DNA of 57,358 nt, the filler included, from Catajapyx aquilonaris (Eukaryota): assembly GCA_000934665.2 (NCBI GenBank). It is 2 parts of 2 records of this genome, joined end to end, with 100 filler letters (N's around TTAATTAATTAA, not from the genome) between each part and the next. Parts side by side here need not be neighbours in the genome. Positions count along the whole stretch, not along the records: positions 28,694 to 57,358 come from KZ539243.1; 1 more part is not named here. The stretch is one strand, 5' to 3'. Both the position numbers and the translations under genes were made by a program. This document shows positions 36,101 through 50,272 of the stretch, in pieces (positions within the stretch are counted from its first letter, which is position 1; each line of letters opens with the position of its first letter). Below the pieces are notes generated by a model. That model ran no database searches. It worked only from the letters and a program-made list of their open reading frames with translations, and had not been told where the DNA came from.

Positions 36101-39100
36101 AGTTCCGTCTCCTGCGGGGTTCTAAACTCCTAAAACCCTTAGGGCTAGACACATATTTTTTGGGGGGTTCTCCCCTCATGTAGATGAGGAGAGAAGAAAT
36201 GGGCCAGGGACTGACTTTGACACATGGCGAGAGTTGTCTGAACCGACATGAGGATCACCGCCAGTTGGCCGCATCGTGCTTCACGGTTCGACAACGTTTT
36301 ACTTCCAATCGATCAAGGGTGATCGCTAATAGTTGCAAAGTAAAACCGATTTTAATCCACGGAACCGTCACGTTGCGAGAATCAGCTTTGTTCATTAACT
36401 TCTGGCAAGTGTAAGCAAAAAAAAATTTGATTCCTAATAGTCTAGGTTGAATGGAAAGTGTCATTTCATGCCAAGAAGTGGAGGTGAAAAAAATTCTGCG
36501 GGTAGACATTGGGCTGACCTACTTGGATCCACTTGCATCCGAGGTCAAGGTTTGAACCGTCCCGTTTCCAGGTCAGACTGTCTGCAAATCCTATGATAAA
36601 AATTCATCAGATCCACGGAATACTGCATAATCCGGAATAATTCCCTGCTCTTAAAATTTTCATCACTTAGCCCTTACGATAAAAAAGTGCAAATTCCAGG
36701 TGTGCGCTTGTGAGATTTTCATTTTAAAAAAATCACATGTAAACGTGAGGAAAATGTGCTCAAATATTGAATAAATGTTTTTCGAACTGGCATTCAAATC
36801 ATGCAAAATCTGAAGTTAATGAGCCAGTACTTAGAGCGAGAGTTGATAACTTATCAGAACATTGCATCACATCATTTCCGGATCTAGTTCAAGTACATCC
36901 GTGAATGCACATTTAATGAGCATATGGAACACTTGAAAACACACGGAAATCTCTCGAGTGCCATATGCTCTGGCTTGAAAAAAATTCCGCCCATCTTGTA
37001 TCCACTCCGACTCCCCAGACACTTATTGTCACGCCCAAAAACGCATGCAGTGTGGCCAATTCCAGCCAAATTATTTAAGGACACTTAGCCAGTGCACAAA
37101 AAGACACTAGATTTGTCATTATCTGCTTGCAACACCTGGCCTTGATTCCCGGTGCCTATCGATCCAAGCCCCCTCCTTTTCCGGGGGCCTGTCTCTCTCT
37201 GGAGGAATCGCCTTCCTTTCTGCACCAAATTGCAGGCTTGCTTTGCTAGAATTCCTGCAACTCTCTCTAGGGACAAGACCTTTTGCATAATTCTCTGGAT
37301 GCTGCTGCCCCTTTACCCGCGGTTAACAACCGCAATAGGATCGATGGGTTACGTTTACGTACAAGGTGGCTCCAAAACTGGAGCAAACTTTTTGCTCACA
37401 TGCAGCTAGTTTTGATTCGCACACTTAAATTCTGCTGGGAGTCAAAACTTTATTGCAAACTCTCCTCTTATTTTATTGCCGCGGTAGGCACTCTGGCAAA
37501 AAGGGTAACCCACATTGCCTCGGGGAAGATCCAAATGAAATGCGTCCAGTGGAATTTATGAAGACGAATGATGTGCCCGGCCTACTTTTAACCCTGAGAG
37601 ACTGGGGGTAAAAAAACGACCTGCAATGTTTCTAATTATGATGTATGATGGAGCAAGGTACAGACTTTCCATCGGATACTTGAACACCCTGTAATGCGTC
37701 TGTAGACATGAGTGAAGGTTGCCAGGAAGCCGAGTAGTCAACAAGCTTCTCTCCAGCAGCTAGGAGGCAATGGAGCATGATTGCATTAGATGTCGGAGGC
37801 CTGTGGCCCCAGGGTCCTTCACTCCTATACACACTCCTCCAGGGATTTCTACCTCTCCTGAAAAAGAAGCCTATCTCTTTGGGCTGGATCCTATTTCGCC
37901 CGCGGTCCCCCAAAGGAGACCGAGGCTGAGGTTCTCGACACTGATCTACCCGGTAGATGCCATTCATCTCTAAGGCCCTACCTCACACCTATATATAATC
38001 TCTTTACCAGCGATAGCGTGACGAGCTCATTCCGGAAACTGGATTCGATACGGTTAGACCAGGGCTAAAACTTCCTGGCGAGAGGTGGCCAAAATTTGAC
38101 GTGGGGAGGTCTTGGCAGCAGCATCAACATGAGACGTGGAAGGAAATGGGTCGAAGCGGGTGAGACGGCTTAATAAACTTGGACCCGACGAAAGCTCCCA
38201 TCCTCTCGAGTCTGGTAGAGCCACGCAGGGAAAACCTAGAGGAAACGGAGGGCTGACGATGCCCTTCCTCAAGTGTCACTCTAGAGATGGCAAACAGAAT
38301 TAAGCGGAGGTGTGGGCAAAAAAAAAAGTGTCGCGCAAAAAAAAAACACTTCAGAGGAATGAAATGGTGTTGTACACACTGAAAGAACCTGCATGTACCT
38401 GCCTCGCTAATGAACAAGGCAGTCATATTTCCGCTAATTATGATCTATACCGTACAGTACTCTCAGGTACGGATCTACATTGTGCAATTAGCAAGGATCA
38501 GTTGGATTAAGAGACCACTGTACCTGACATGTCACAACCAACATTCATAAATTATGCTATTATTCAGCCAACAGCTCCAAAAAAACTGGTTGGAAACTTC
38601 AATCAACAATGAACCAAAAAAATGTTATCAGACTGAAAGCAAAGTTCTTATACGGACCGAGGAACACTTACATAGGACAGGGAATGACAGGAACGTGTCG
38701 GAATCTTTTGTGGAAGGTTCTCGAGGCAGAACGTCCCAAGCTCAGAGTTTTTAAAAAAAGAGGTTACTGACAGCGCACAATATTGGACGAAATGGGGCCG
38801 AATCAATAAAAGTAATCACAGATGTGAGAAAACGGCAGACACAGTAACAATCATTACCTTCTGATGCTATTCGCGAATTGACTCATTCATGTCGCCTTAT
38901 CGTCTCATTGCAGGCAGACCTTGCAAATTATATAAAGACAAGAGCCATTTCTCATCCTGATGAGCCTCGAGCCGGGCACACACACTGGGCTGGAATTGAA
39001 TTGTATGGGAATGGTGTCCAAAAACCGGCTGGAGGCTCCTTCATTCGAGGTCTAAAGGGTTGAGCTCCGTCCAAAGCCAGGAGATATATTGGGCAGCATA

Positions 39101-42100
39101 TGGCCCAGTCACCACCACGCTTTACACGTGGCAGGCAGGCAGGAAGAATAAAACACAACTCCAGGTTATATTTATACCCAAGCAGTATCGCAGTGATAAA
39201 AACTTATGCAGCTTGTTTTTTAAAGTGTCATCTGCTGTCACTTTTAAGCGTTAATTAATGGAGCTAACGCCAATATTTGTGCGGCCGTTATGGTGTCCCC
39301 TTGATGTACACCGCGGGGAATAACCGGTGTCAATATGCGTTAAAGCCATTGGCACATTTGCTTTGCTCCGAATTTTTTATAGAAAAAAAATCCGGATTGC
39401 CTCATTGGGCTCCCATTAGGGGTGACAAAAAATTTGGGGGGGAAGCTTCCCCAGTCAGCTATTACCATTTGGCCTGAAGTGAATGCAGCCTCCAAGATTG
39501 CATTAGGAAAAAGGGGACTTGAGTGGGTTTTTTTGCAGGGGACGCACATGGGTTTACCGATACACATCTCCAGGAGGCGTTACGGCTCGCTGCACACTAA
39601 ACATTTTTATCCGGAACTGCGAGAGCTGGGAGGGGGGGAAAAAAATCCGGCAATATCTGTCGCACTAAAGGCAGTTCTCAAAAAATCCGTGGCCATTTCG
39701 ATATATCTGTCACGAAGAGTTCGGATGGAATTGCTGGCACAATATACGATCGTGGACCCTTCCAACTGCAGTTAGCGATTTTTTGTACACGTATCACTAG
39801 CAGCTAATACAACTAGTTAAAATAAGCAGGTTAATCCGAACTAAAATGAACACTTGGGTCAATTTTCATCCTTGCATGACCCAAACCAGTTTTTTAAAGA
39901 GACATGCAAGTGCCCAACAATGTGGTTCAATGCTATTAATTTAGTTAGCCGCAGATTTTTTTTATAGTTAAACACCCCGACCTCGTACGGCACTTACGTA
40001 GAGACCATAATTAAATTATCAGACCGCAGTTGGAAAAACGCATGTGAAAACCGCTTGCAGTGTCATAAAATGGCCAGCCATTTGCGCTCATTAAATTCAT
40101 ATTCGATGGCCTACATTTGCCGCCTGATTTCCCACCCCATAATCACCGTATAATTTCGACGCTTCATTTGACAACCAGGGGGATCCTACGTATTCTCTCG
40201 GGATGTATCCGAATCGTTCGTGTGAAAGGTTACAGTTGTTCCAACATGCCACCTACTTTTCCGGTTGGATCTAGTCATATCTTGCCTCTCAACAGATATG
40301 ATAAACGATTCTGACATAAGAGCTGCTTTAAAATTGATATCTGCAAGAAAAGTGTACTTGTATTACAAAAGTTCATTAAGGGTTTAGTCTCGTGCTAGTC
40401 TGCGAATGATCTCCGGCCATTTACTTCCTTAAAAATATTTTCACTCTAATTATCTACACATATCCCATGATTTGAGCTATAGTTTTAAACCGCTTTGCAC
40501 TTAGCTATTATTCGCGATTATTTTTTACATTCACCTGCATTCTAAATACCATATTGCGTTGAAAGGGTTTTTCTAGCAAGGCAAATATGCAAATTACAAA
40601 GAGATTAAGGGAGGCTTAAAAATAACTCCGGAGTGATGGATAGCCCCTGGCTCCGGAGCTGTGAGGCAGTGCTATTCAAGTATACTGTACCGCAACGCAC
40701 ATTTCGCCGACAGCGCTATATGTCTGGGATTGAAAAGCCTCGTCCCAAAAGCACCAAGCCACTGCCTTATGCTTTTGTACTCGCTCACTCCTGCACAGAG
40801 TGGTCAGTAACTCCCGCATAATGAGCATGTAAGGATACTCATTGATTTATTCCAGGACCAAAATATTCCGCAGGATATGCGGCGGAAATCCGAGTTGTAG
40901 GGAATGTCCCGTTGGTTTTGCTACCAGTTAACCACACGTGTTAATCGAATGGTTAACCAGCACACAATATAATTCACATGGTGCTGGCGGACCAGCCTAA
41001 AAAATCCAACATTGTATTTTGGGTCTTTAAATCAGCAAGTAAATGAATTCTGGTTATTGATTAGCAGCACCCTGTGTATGCCCCAGAAAAATGGGACACG
41101 TAGGCACTGCGGTTACAACTGCATATGTGTAGGTACTAGTGTAGACCAGTGGTTTTCAAACCAAACCAAGCCATGGAACCACAAGCCCTTTGTTTTCACA
41201 CGGTCGGAGCTCGCTCCTCTGTGATACTACTAACCCTAACAGCATCGGCCACAATTTTAAAATTTATAGATTTAAAAATACCAAGAAAGAGCAGGAAGTT
41301 GATATACACCGCACATGACGCAGTGCATATTTGTTTAGGTTATCAAAACATATGTTTATGCTAAATACTGTCAGTGATGTCAAACATGTTCGTAAACTTC
41401 ACAGTATCATTACAGTACATTTGTTTTAAATGCATACAGTTTCTAAAACAAATATGATAATTAATAATGTCAAATTCAAGCCGCACAAAGCACTGTCACC
41501 TGCATTAATTACATGATCATTGTACTATCACATCCTTGGAAAATAGCCATTAGGATTTAACACGCGAATAAATATTATTGATAGGTAAATAATTTTAGTA
41601 CATTTATACTATGTCCATTTCGACTATAGGCCCTGCTAGAATGAAAAATGCAGGGCTATAAAAGGTGACACGTCTTTCAGTGTCGGAAAATATGTCGGGA
41701 GAGCAAAATGTGTCGCGTGAATTTTACAGACGCGCACTAGAAAAGGATTTATGTTGTGTAATCCTTTCACCAGACTCTATATTTACGAGCTGGTGCCGAC
41801 ATGTTGCGTTACGTATACTTTGAAGATGCGCTTATTTCCTTGGGGCATGCGGGGAAATCATGCAGGGACCTCACTGGAAAACAAGCTACTACTAAAATCT
41901 GGAATAAATTATTATTTTCACGACCTACAAAGATTTCGAACTACACCGTAAGCTCGAAGTTAAGTCTGGCAGAAGATACGTCCCTTATTATTGTGTAAAA
42001 TAATAATTAAATTAAAACGTAATCCACGTAAATCCTGGAGAGAGGTGATGAGAACTTTCTGCCAAATTTAATGGTATAAAGCAGATTTCTCCAAGTTCTG

Positions 42101-45100
42101 GAGTGTATTAAAATTCTTGACGTAACTTTTGAATAAGTTATAGCCTTTCCCAAAACGAGCTATAGCGGGCCTATCCGTGCAATTAGTTCAGTGAAGAACG
42201 TGTTACAATCAATACCTTTAGTACTTGCGAATCTGACACATGTTCCCACAGGCCATTTGCGTCAGGCAGACACGACAAGCCTTGCAGGGGGTGGTTTAAC
42301 TGGCTTTGAAGCCAAAGTGCTGAGTCTAACATCCATTTGGTGAACTTCGCACTAGTGTACGTATATGACAATGTTGTCGGGACAGACACTATAGTCTTTT
42401 GTGCCAGCTTGTCCTACTTTTGAAAAGTTATTCCGAGACGCCAGAATTAATTTTTATCAGAGTCGAAGTCAGCCAAGCGAAAATGTTGTCGTATGATTTA
42501 TGCAAATATTCTTCCCTCCAACTTTCAGAAGCTTCATTCTTCTCAGCCGCCTTCTTCTTCTTCTCCAGTTCAATATGTCATAAGACAGGGCTTCGCTCTA
42601 AGCCAACCGTTTCCTCCAGCAATATACGTTTTGGGCGAACACAAGGGCTTCTTTCTCTTTAGGATCTGCATACTTCCAAACTCGGCTGTCACGCTTACAT
42701 AAGTTGGCTTATAATGTAAAATGAGAACAGCCCAACTTTTTTATGAGAAGACGGAAGGGACCTATTTCTGTCAGGTAGAATCTTTCGTACAAAAAAAAAA
42801 ATACTTTGTGAAGGAAACCTCATTGCCGAGTGCTGAAGACATAATTTTTTGAAAGCGGTTTAAATTATGCACAGTTCATCAAAAGAACCGCTTTCATATT
42901 GTGCGTACTATCGAAAATTCAAAACTGTACGAATTTTCCATTCTATATATATTATTTAAAATTCAGTCTTTTTGATCAGCCTTCGTACATAAGCTGTATT
43001 TGTATCAATTTTCAGCCAGATTTTTTGTCATGCTAAGTGTCGTTGAGCTTGTTTTTTTCCTACCTTATTTGACCCTATCTTATCAGCAGAGTGGAATATC
43101 TCTCTTCCACTCCCTCTTCCTGCTATTTACGAGTGCACTTGACGAGGGACACGGGATGAGACGAAGGGAACAAAGGACCAAGGGTTGGGGGAGATGACTA
43201 CCATACACAAAAGGGAAAGAGGGAGGGGGGGGGGCGAAAAAAATAGTCCAGGAATTACGTCTGGTGCTTGCGTTTTTCGCCTATAAAAGACAACGTAAAT
43301 TAAGTTGAAAAGTCCTCAGAGAGAAGTTTATCAAGGTGGTTACCGCATAAGTGGCAGAATGGAGGAAAATCTTTGCTGTTCCACACTTTGCCCGCGGTGA
43401 AAAGATGGACGATTTTTGGTATCAGCATCCCTTGATTTTTACTTGGAAGCTGAGTGACTTGCCCAAGCAGCATCTTCCGTCTTTTTTTTTACTTTCTTCC
43501 TGAGTTTCCCCCCTATCCAACCCGTGGGGCAAGATTGATGATGGGGACAAATGCATGTTGTCGTTTCCCTTCCGTGGGCTGCTGGCTGGCTTTTTTTTTC
43601 AGATTCTTCCCTCCAGCAGGAAGAAGAGGATGATGGTGGGGGATTAGAGGCATCCCCTACCCCCCACTAATGTAAACTGTCGATTAGAGGGAGGTCCTAA
43701 ATTTCATTTTCTCCTGAGACATATTGGCAACTGTCTTAACCATCACACCAAAAAATTATAAATAAATACAGTAAAAAATACATGCTATCCTGAATTATTT
43801 TCCAAAGAATTTGTTTCGTTATCTGGTAGGACAAATTATGATGGATACGTGAAGACAGGTCAACATATTTTTGATGGATCACTTGACCTCTAATTAAGCT
43901 ATTTTCTACAACCGTGCACAAAGAAGAGCTCCAATTTGTACCTACTTTGTCACGGACTTTTTCGCCAGAACTAACCTAACATCGAAAAGTCCTAGGTCTT
44001 GTTCAAACGCCCCCTTGGTAAGACAAAAAACCCAACGAACCGAACCAGATATTGACCGCACGAAACTTTTTCGGATGGACGGACGGCCGTCTAACTTGAT
44101 TCTCCCAGATTACGTCAGAGGGAATTGAGGGTAGGAGGTGAAAAAAAGAGAGTGGTCGGCAGCAAGGACAGACTTTTTTTTCAAAAAAAATCAACTGACT
44201 TTTTTTTAAAGGTACATACGCCCCCGCTCGAAATCTCATCTAAAAATCGTACCAGACCGTGGACATCCCAAAAACGTGCCTTGAATCGAAGTATCAAAAA
44301 GTCTTTCCAAAGTGCAGTAATTTATTGTAATAAGCAAGTCTTCTCGACGGTGATGGCACCCCGTTCTTTTTTCACAGCCTGAGGCTTCTTCCTCCCCATC
44401 TGAATATTCAAGGCAGGATTTTCCTTCGGTGGCTTCTAGATCGCGTGTAGGGCAACCCGGAATTCCAAAATAGACGTGCCTACCTTCCACTTCCAGTGAT
44501 TAGGTTCATGGCATGCAATAAAAAAAGAGTCTAAAAATTTGCACTTATTGGTTCATGTGACGCCACGATCCGCGCACTGAATTTAATTGATCACTAAAAC
44601 AACGTTCAACAGACAATTTAATAACGCGGGGATGCATACTTTCATGTTGTGCACAACATATCGGCACTAATCTGACTAACTCGAATGTGGCAGGTGCATA
44701 AAAACAGTTATGGACCGGCTAATTTGATTTGGGTAGTTAAAGCCAGCAGTGTTTGGCTATGCGTATGCATGTGTATATATAGGATCTAAAATTTTCCATT
44801 AGCTGGGCTAGCCTCCCGATATCTTTGCTTGAGTGTTACTGGCTAGTGACATACTTCATGGGGCCGTATAAGAAATTTTAATCAAGCGAGACGTTGACTG
44901 TATATACACGGCTCTGTTCGGAATAACTGATGGCAGATGTCACTCAGCTGGAGTAATGATCGTTCGCCCACAAAGCGCTTGTTACTAGCGGTGTCGTAAA
45001 AATAGCTGGTAATTCTAGCTAATCACGAGCCTGTCTTAATAGATCAGGTTGGCCACTCTAGGAATGAATTGCCAGAAATGATAAATGACAAGGTGGCATA

Positions 45101-46879
45101 AGTTTCCGCTGCTTTTCCCCCACGATTCTGAAGCTGAGCACCTAAAATTTATGGAGGGGCCATCTGAAAATGCACGAGCGACTGGAGCTATATTTCCAAT
45201 CTATACAATTCGCTGGTTTCCCATCCCGATCGACAAAACACCATAAATCAATTGGCTGAGGTCCAATGCAGCCTCTCTTATTTATATTTCAAAAAAATGG
45301 ATGTTCATGCACCAGTAACATCATCTTGACAAGGCCATCAATAAGTATTGCACTTTAATTTCCTAACTGTTACAAACCACGCAAGGTCACTGAATAGTAG
45401 GTCAAGTCTCTAGAGGATATCAGAATCGATAGTACAAATTGGCAAACTCTATGCAGAATTCCGCACTGTATTTGGACCTACAGTTTGCATGAAGGTGTAA
45501 ATAATAATAGACTGGATGCTTCCCAGTCTGATCGGGGCCGAATTTCCTCAAAGAGAATCCGTACCATCGCAGAGGTTCTCTCTCTCTGGCTCCTAAACTC
45601 AATTCCATGGGAATAAACAACTGACTCCTGTCAGGGAAGCTGCCACTGCATCACTCCAAATGAGCCCAAATTCCTGGGAAATCTCATTTGCACTTTGTGC
45701 AACTTTCTAGCTCGCCAACTAGACCGACGGGTGTCGTACAGAGTTCCAAGTTTGGCAGAGTTTAATATTCATCAGTTGATTTTGGACTGACCAAGTCGAA
45801 CTAGTCTGCTGCTGGGTTGGGGTGGTTGATAGATGGCAACACTTTATGGCGATTTGCAGTACTTTACAATGCCATCTAGTGACTCACAACTTCTTTTTTT
45901 TTTGCAAGCATCCTGTACAATGCATTCTGGCTCCTTAGCGTTTCGATTGCTGACTCCCTGCGAAGCGGTAATCGGAATAATGTTTCTCTTTAATACCTTT
46001 CCCGGCCCGCTCTTTCGCTCCTCCAAACTGTTCCTGGAGGTTCTTAAACCTGGCTTAATGCCTACAGAAATTGGGCATAAAATGACCCGGCACTAATTTG
46101 GAACAGCACTCATGATCTTCTGTATCAGCTCGGATATCTGCAACACCAGCATCCGACCAGCTGTGCTTTCGAATAGTATGGTAAAAGACAGTACAGTGGA
46201 CTGTCCAACTATGTTGACATTAAACGAGTGTACAGTACACATACTGTAAAGTGCGAAAAAACCCACCAGGCAATGGGTCAACTAAACGCTCCCACGATTG
46301 ACGTCACCCATAGCGTCGTGTTCCGCACCTCCGCATGTCATTTGCACTAATGCACTTTTTTTTTACCGTTCCACCAGTGGAGCCTCCAAACTTCCGCTAT
46401 TTTTTTTTGCCATCCGTAGCTCGCAAATTCGATTTCGTCAGTTTTTGGAATTACGTTGTTGCCGCTGGCACACATTCGAGCGATTCTCATTCCGACTGCC
46501 TGGGTTGCACCGCGGTGAAAAATCATCTCCGAAAGACACTGCCGCAGGATACACTCGCGTCACAAGGCATCACAAATGCGATTTTCAGCCCATTCGCTTA
46601 TACTGTACGTACTGTACCGGTTGAATTCTAGGTATAGAGCGAAGCACACTTCACATTATATGATTTGTTATCGCCGAAATACCGCTTTTGTCAGCATAAA
46701 ACTCCACGTGTGTGCATGGGCGTCTAATATTAGACGATGCTACTAATTCATCGCTCTGTCATTGCCAAAAAGCTTCCCTTTTGACTCCACCGCCGGAGTG
46801 AGGGCAAATTTTAGACCGCTAATGAATCCGCCCCGATGTTTAAGCTGCACTGCAAACAGGGACTCGAGTTTGGCCATGG

Positions 46880-47070
46880 TGTCTCCTGCCCGCAGCCCCT
46901 ACCTCAGAGTTAGGAGACAACGAGAGAAACATGTTAGATGTCTTGTAAAGTGCTTCCGACTTCTTCCTCTTTCAATTATGGATATGGCCAAAAAGCAGCT
47001 CGTGTTACACATCATTGATCAAAAGCAAGGATCGAAAAGAACTATCAAAGACGCTTGGAAATACCTTGAA
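46880..47070 (+). pseudogene. Possible Tc1/mariner transposase C-terminal fragment inside the piggyBac remnant
   Basis: PARSPYL...KRTIKDAWKYL resembles WPARSPDL...LK..I..AW..L. Confidence 0.35.
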
Positions 47071-47339
47071 ACAAATTTGTCCGAGAGCGTCGATTTAAAA
47101 ATGTAACCAGATTTCTGATCCGCGCAAAATCTGAAGTTCAGGTGTCAAAGGGCAGACTTTGAATTCACACCTATCACTGACTTGTTCAAGAACTACCTGG
47201 CAAATTTGTTGAAGTTTTGCTGCAGTTTCGACACAGGCGCTCCTATCAATGATTTATCGGAAATCCTTGGAAGAGTCCCATTTACCTGAAATAGCTACGG
47301 AGTTACCGGCATATCGACATTCACGAGCTGCAATATCCC

Positions 47340-47364
47340 NNNNNNNNNNNNNNNNNNNNNNNNN
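47340..47364. other. Assembly gap (25 N)
   Basis: N run followed by a G homopolymer. Confidence 0.95.
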
Positions 47365-49969
47365 GGGGGGGGTAATGGCGTTTCCAAGCTGGAGGCCTCT
47401 AGTCTTTCATAGTAGCGATGAAAGAATCATTTCAAAGGCTGCTCTTCCAGCTCTAGGTTGCACCTTTTTCCAATGAATGAGCCAAATGAACCTGTCCTTG
47501 ATCGCAATTTGTCCGAAATTAAAGAGCCAAACTTTTTAACCCAAAAAACTCGATTCGTCCTTCCCTCTAGTGGCCCGCTGTGAAATTCACTTTGGCGGGG
47601 TCCATTCAAAATCAAACCATGACTTTGCCCCTTAGGCATTCGACAGTCAGCGTCTCTCCGATCCGTCTTCTTTTACGAGTCACCTCAAATCGGCGTCATT
47701 ACCACGATGAAGACATTACCATGCTACCTCCAGCCTTGAGACCACTTCCTCCTCGATTATATTCAGTCTCGGCTGGGTTAGACCTGCCCCAAAATTCACC
47801 TCAAGCACTGACAGGAGGCCGTTGCTTCAAACTGGAGCACAAACTATGTAAACTCCTGCGAGCTGGGTAATGCATGAGGCGCAAGCCTCGCCCTAATTGC
47901 GATTCTGTGTGCCCTCGGTACAGAGAGGCTCAATTGATATTTAAGATGGCGGCAAAGGGCACCTTGCGGAGTCTTTGAGGCCCCCCAATAGTTTACTCTT
48001 AAAACCGAAGGCCATTAGTGGAGCACACACTTGATTACTTCTGGTGCGGCCGCCTCCCAAGAGCGGCATGAATTGGAAGTCGGGAGTGAGCGTGTCCTGA
48101 ATCCCAGACACTGGTTCATTCCGCAGCAGATGTGCGGATCAACTGCACAGATCACGTACGGCAGAAACACTAATAGTCTCATCTATTTACTATCCAGGAT
48201 CGATTTAATTGATACAGCCTCGGTTAGCCGGTGGAAACTACTGTAGAGGAGACTTGGCCTGTAATTTTTTGACCAGCAGCAAAGATGGTGACATTTTGAT
48301 CCTACCAGAAAATGAAATGGCCGAGAGTCCCTCGTAACTTTTTTTCTGCTAGAAAATGGTCCCAGCGCCGAAGAAAATCCTCCGAATTATGTGTGTTTCA
48401 CTTCGGGTTCTATGGACAGTAAGAAGCTACTTTCGTGATGAACCCGGGTGATAATTACACAAAAAGGCACGCAATTAAATCAGGGTTCGTGTTGCGCTCA
48501 AGACACACCCTGCTGTTCTCAAGCCAACAGTGACGTAACTTGCTTTCGCTTAATGAAGCAGAACAACGCAATAATGTGATTTGCACGCACATACTCATGC
48601 AAATATAGAATTTAGGTTGTCTCTCAATTTTGCGTCTAGGTCACGGTTCCATTGCGCCAGTATATCTTTTTAGAGTAAAGGACACGCCCTGGAAGATCCA
48701 TCTTCAAAATAAACCCTCTCCTTGCTCGAGTCCAAACAAAGGGCAACTAATTTCCCGATGGGAAAGAGGCTCGTCTGGCGGCAGGTGGACCTCAACAACA
48801 ATGTTTTCCCGGCCTATCACCAGCTGCAGCTTCTTCTTCGAGTAAACACACGGCCTAAAAATGTAGCCTGTCTATCCTGAAGTACAACACAAAAGAGGCC
48901 TGATTAACACAAAACGGAAGGCATATGGAGAATACTTCATCAACCGTTTTAAATCCAGGCCAGATAAGCCCGTAAGTGAAATTTTAATGGAACCACCGGG
49001 GCCAAATTATGAGCGCATTCTTGGCAGGGACAAAGAAAGGCGTTTTGTCGTCATCTTTATGAAAAGCAGCACGAAAAGCCTTGTAAAGGAAAGTGAATGA
49101 TCAACGAGCTAATTATCTCTAGGATTATGCCTACCTCCTCCCACCCCCGCCTCCCACGATTTTAAGATACTACTCCGTAATTGCTTCTCTCCCTTGAAGT
49201 TGTAATAATGTCGACTGGAGAGATGACGTCAGAAAGAAAATTGCCTCAAGTGGCAAAAAATCGATGCTAGGAACAACGTTAAGCAATACTGGAGAAAAAG
49301 CTCATCTCTGCGAATCCTTACGAGGCACCAAAATATACTTCAAAGTTGTTGAATGAAGTTGAAAGAGTTGGGAAAATTAAAATTAATTGCCTTTTCCCCT
49401 AGAAACCTTCCTGTGCCGCATTTCAGAATTTTAGTTTTGATCCAAAAATGTATATGTATACTGGAACCCTCATGTCCGAGTAGCTCAAACATGTTCACTC
49501 AATTAAGTTTGAAGTTCGTAACAGACTGTATGACGAGAGGCAGGAGTTTGCACTTTTCTCAAGCAGAAATCCGATTTCCACCTGAGGTCCGGACGTCATG
49601 AATAATTCCGGGTCCTCTTAAGCATCCAACAGCAACCTTGTCCAGAGTTTCCAGAGAGGGAGGGAGGGAGAGGAAATATCCAGTGGGCCTAACGAACACC
49701 ATCTTGTGCATATTCACACCAGACGCCCGCCCCTGTCAAACACGTCTGATTGGCCTCCACTTCCGCTCTGCCTCCCAGAAAAAGAATCCATGTAAATTCC
49801 GGTTCAAAAAGCAAAGGCAAGGTTCCTCCCTGTACACACACCTCATTAGGGAAATTGTCCCAAACTTCCTTTGAAGCTGGATCTTGTAGCCAAATATTAC
49901 TTCAAAAGCCGGGGTCGGAAGGACGATTAATATGGCTTAAGGATCGCGAGATCACTTGCGACTTTTTGA

Positions 49970-50272
49970 AACATTTATGCAGCATCGATTTTGAGTGTGT
50001 TCAGTGTCGATTTTTATGCTTATACAGCATCGATTTTTATTTACCCAGTAATTCACATCGATTTTTATTTACCCAGTAATTCACATCGATTTTTATATGT
50101 ATGCACCATCGATTTTTTTGTATGCAGTAATAGATTTTTCATGTTTATGCAGTATCGATTTTGTACTTTTGCAGCGTCGATTTTTATTTAATGAACTTCG
50201 ATTTTTATGCTCATTCGGCATCGATTTTTGTTCAATGTGCATCGATTTTTGATGTTTATGCAACATCGATTG
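49970..50272. repeat. Diverged ~21-27-bp minisatellite with a CATCGATTTTT core
   Basis: About 12 TCGATTTT units in tandem. Confidence 0.8.

Larger units (their letters stand above)
45830..47500 (-). pseudogene. Decayed piggyBac-family transposase
   Basis: Ordered degenerate motifs on the minus strand: PLK*FF..ETP (~47400), KLQQNFNKF..NKSV (~47210), CADQKSGYI (~47110), FYADK (~46690), TGTVR (~46615), MGDVNRG (46291-46311), VGFFALYSMCTVHSF, and C-terminal CTGC...TRWHC...C (45836-45930). Confidence 0.65.

Noticed and set aside
32957..37692. One mariner element bounded by CAGGGTG at ~32959 and CACCCTG at ~37685
   Set aside because: Similarity stops after 7 bp and there is no transposase between them.
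37800..38170. Non-LTR RNase H remnant (ISLGWI...)
   Set aside because: The catalytic H and GNE.AD motif cannot be recovered convincingly.
38957..39000. Hammerhead ribozyme (CTGATGA plus a short stem)
   Set aside because: No GAAA after stem II.
48781..48846. Plus-strand mini-exon VDLNNNVFPAYHQLQLLLR
   Set aside because: No pyrimidine tract, weak donor, and no partner exons.
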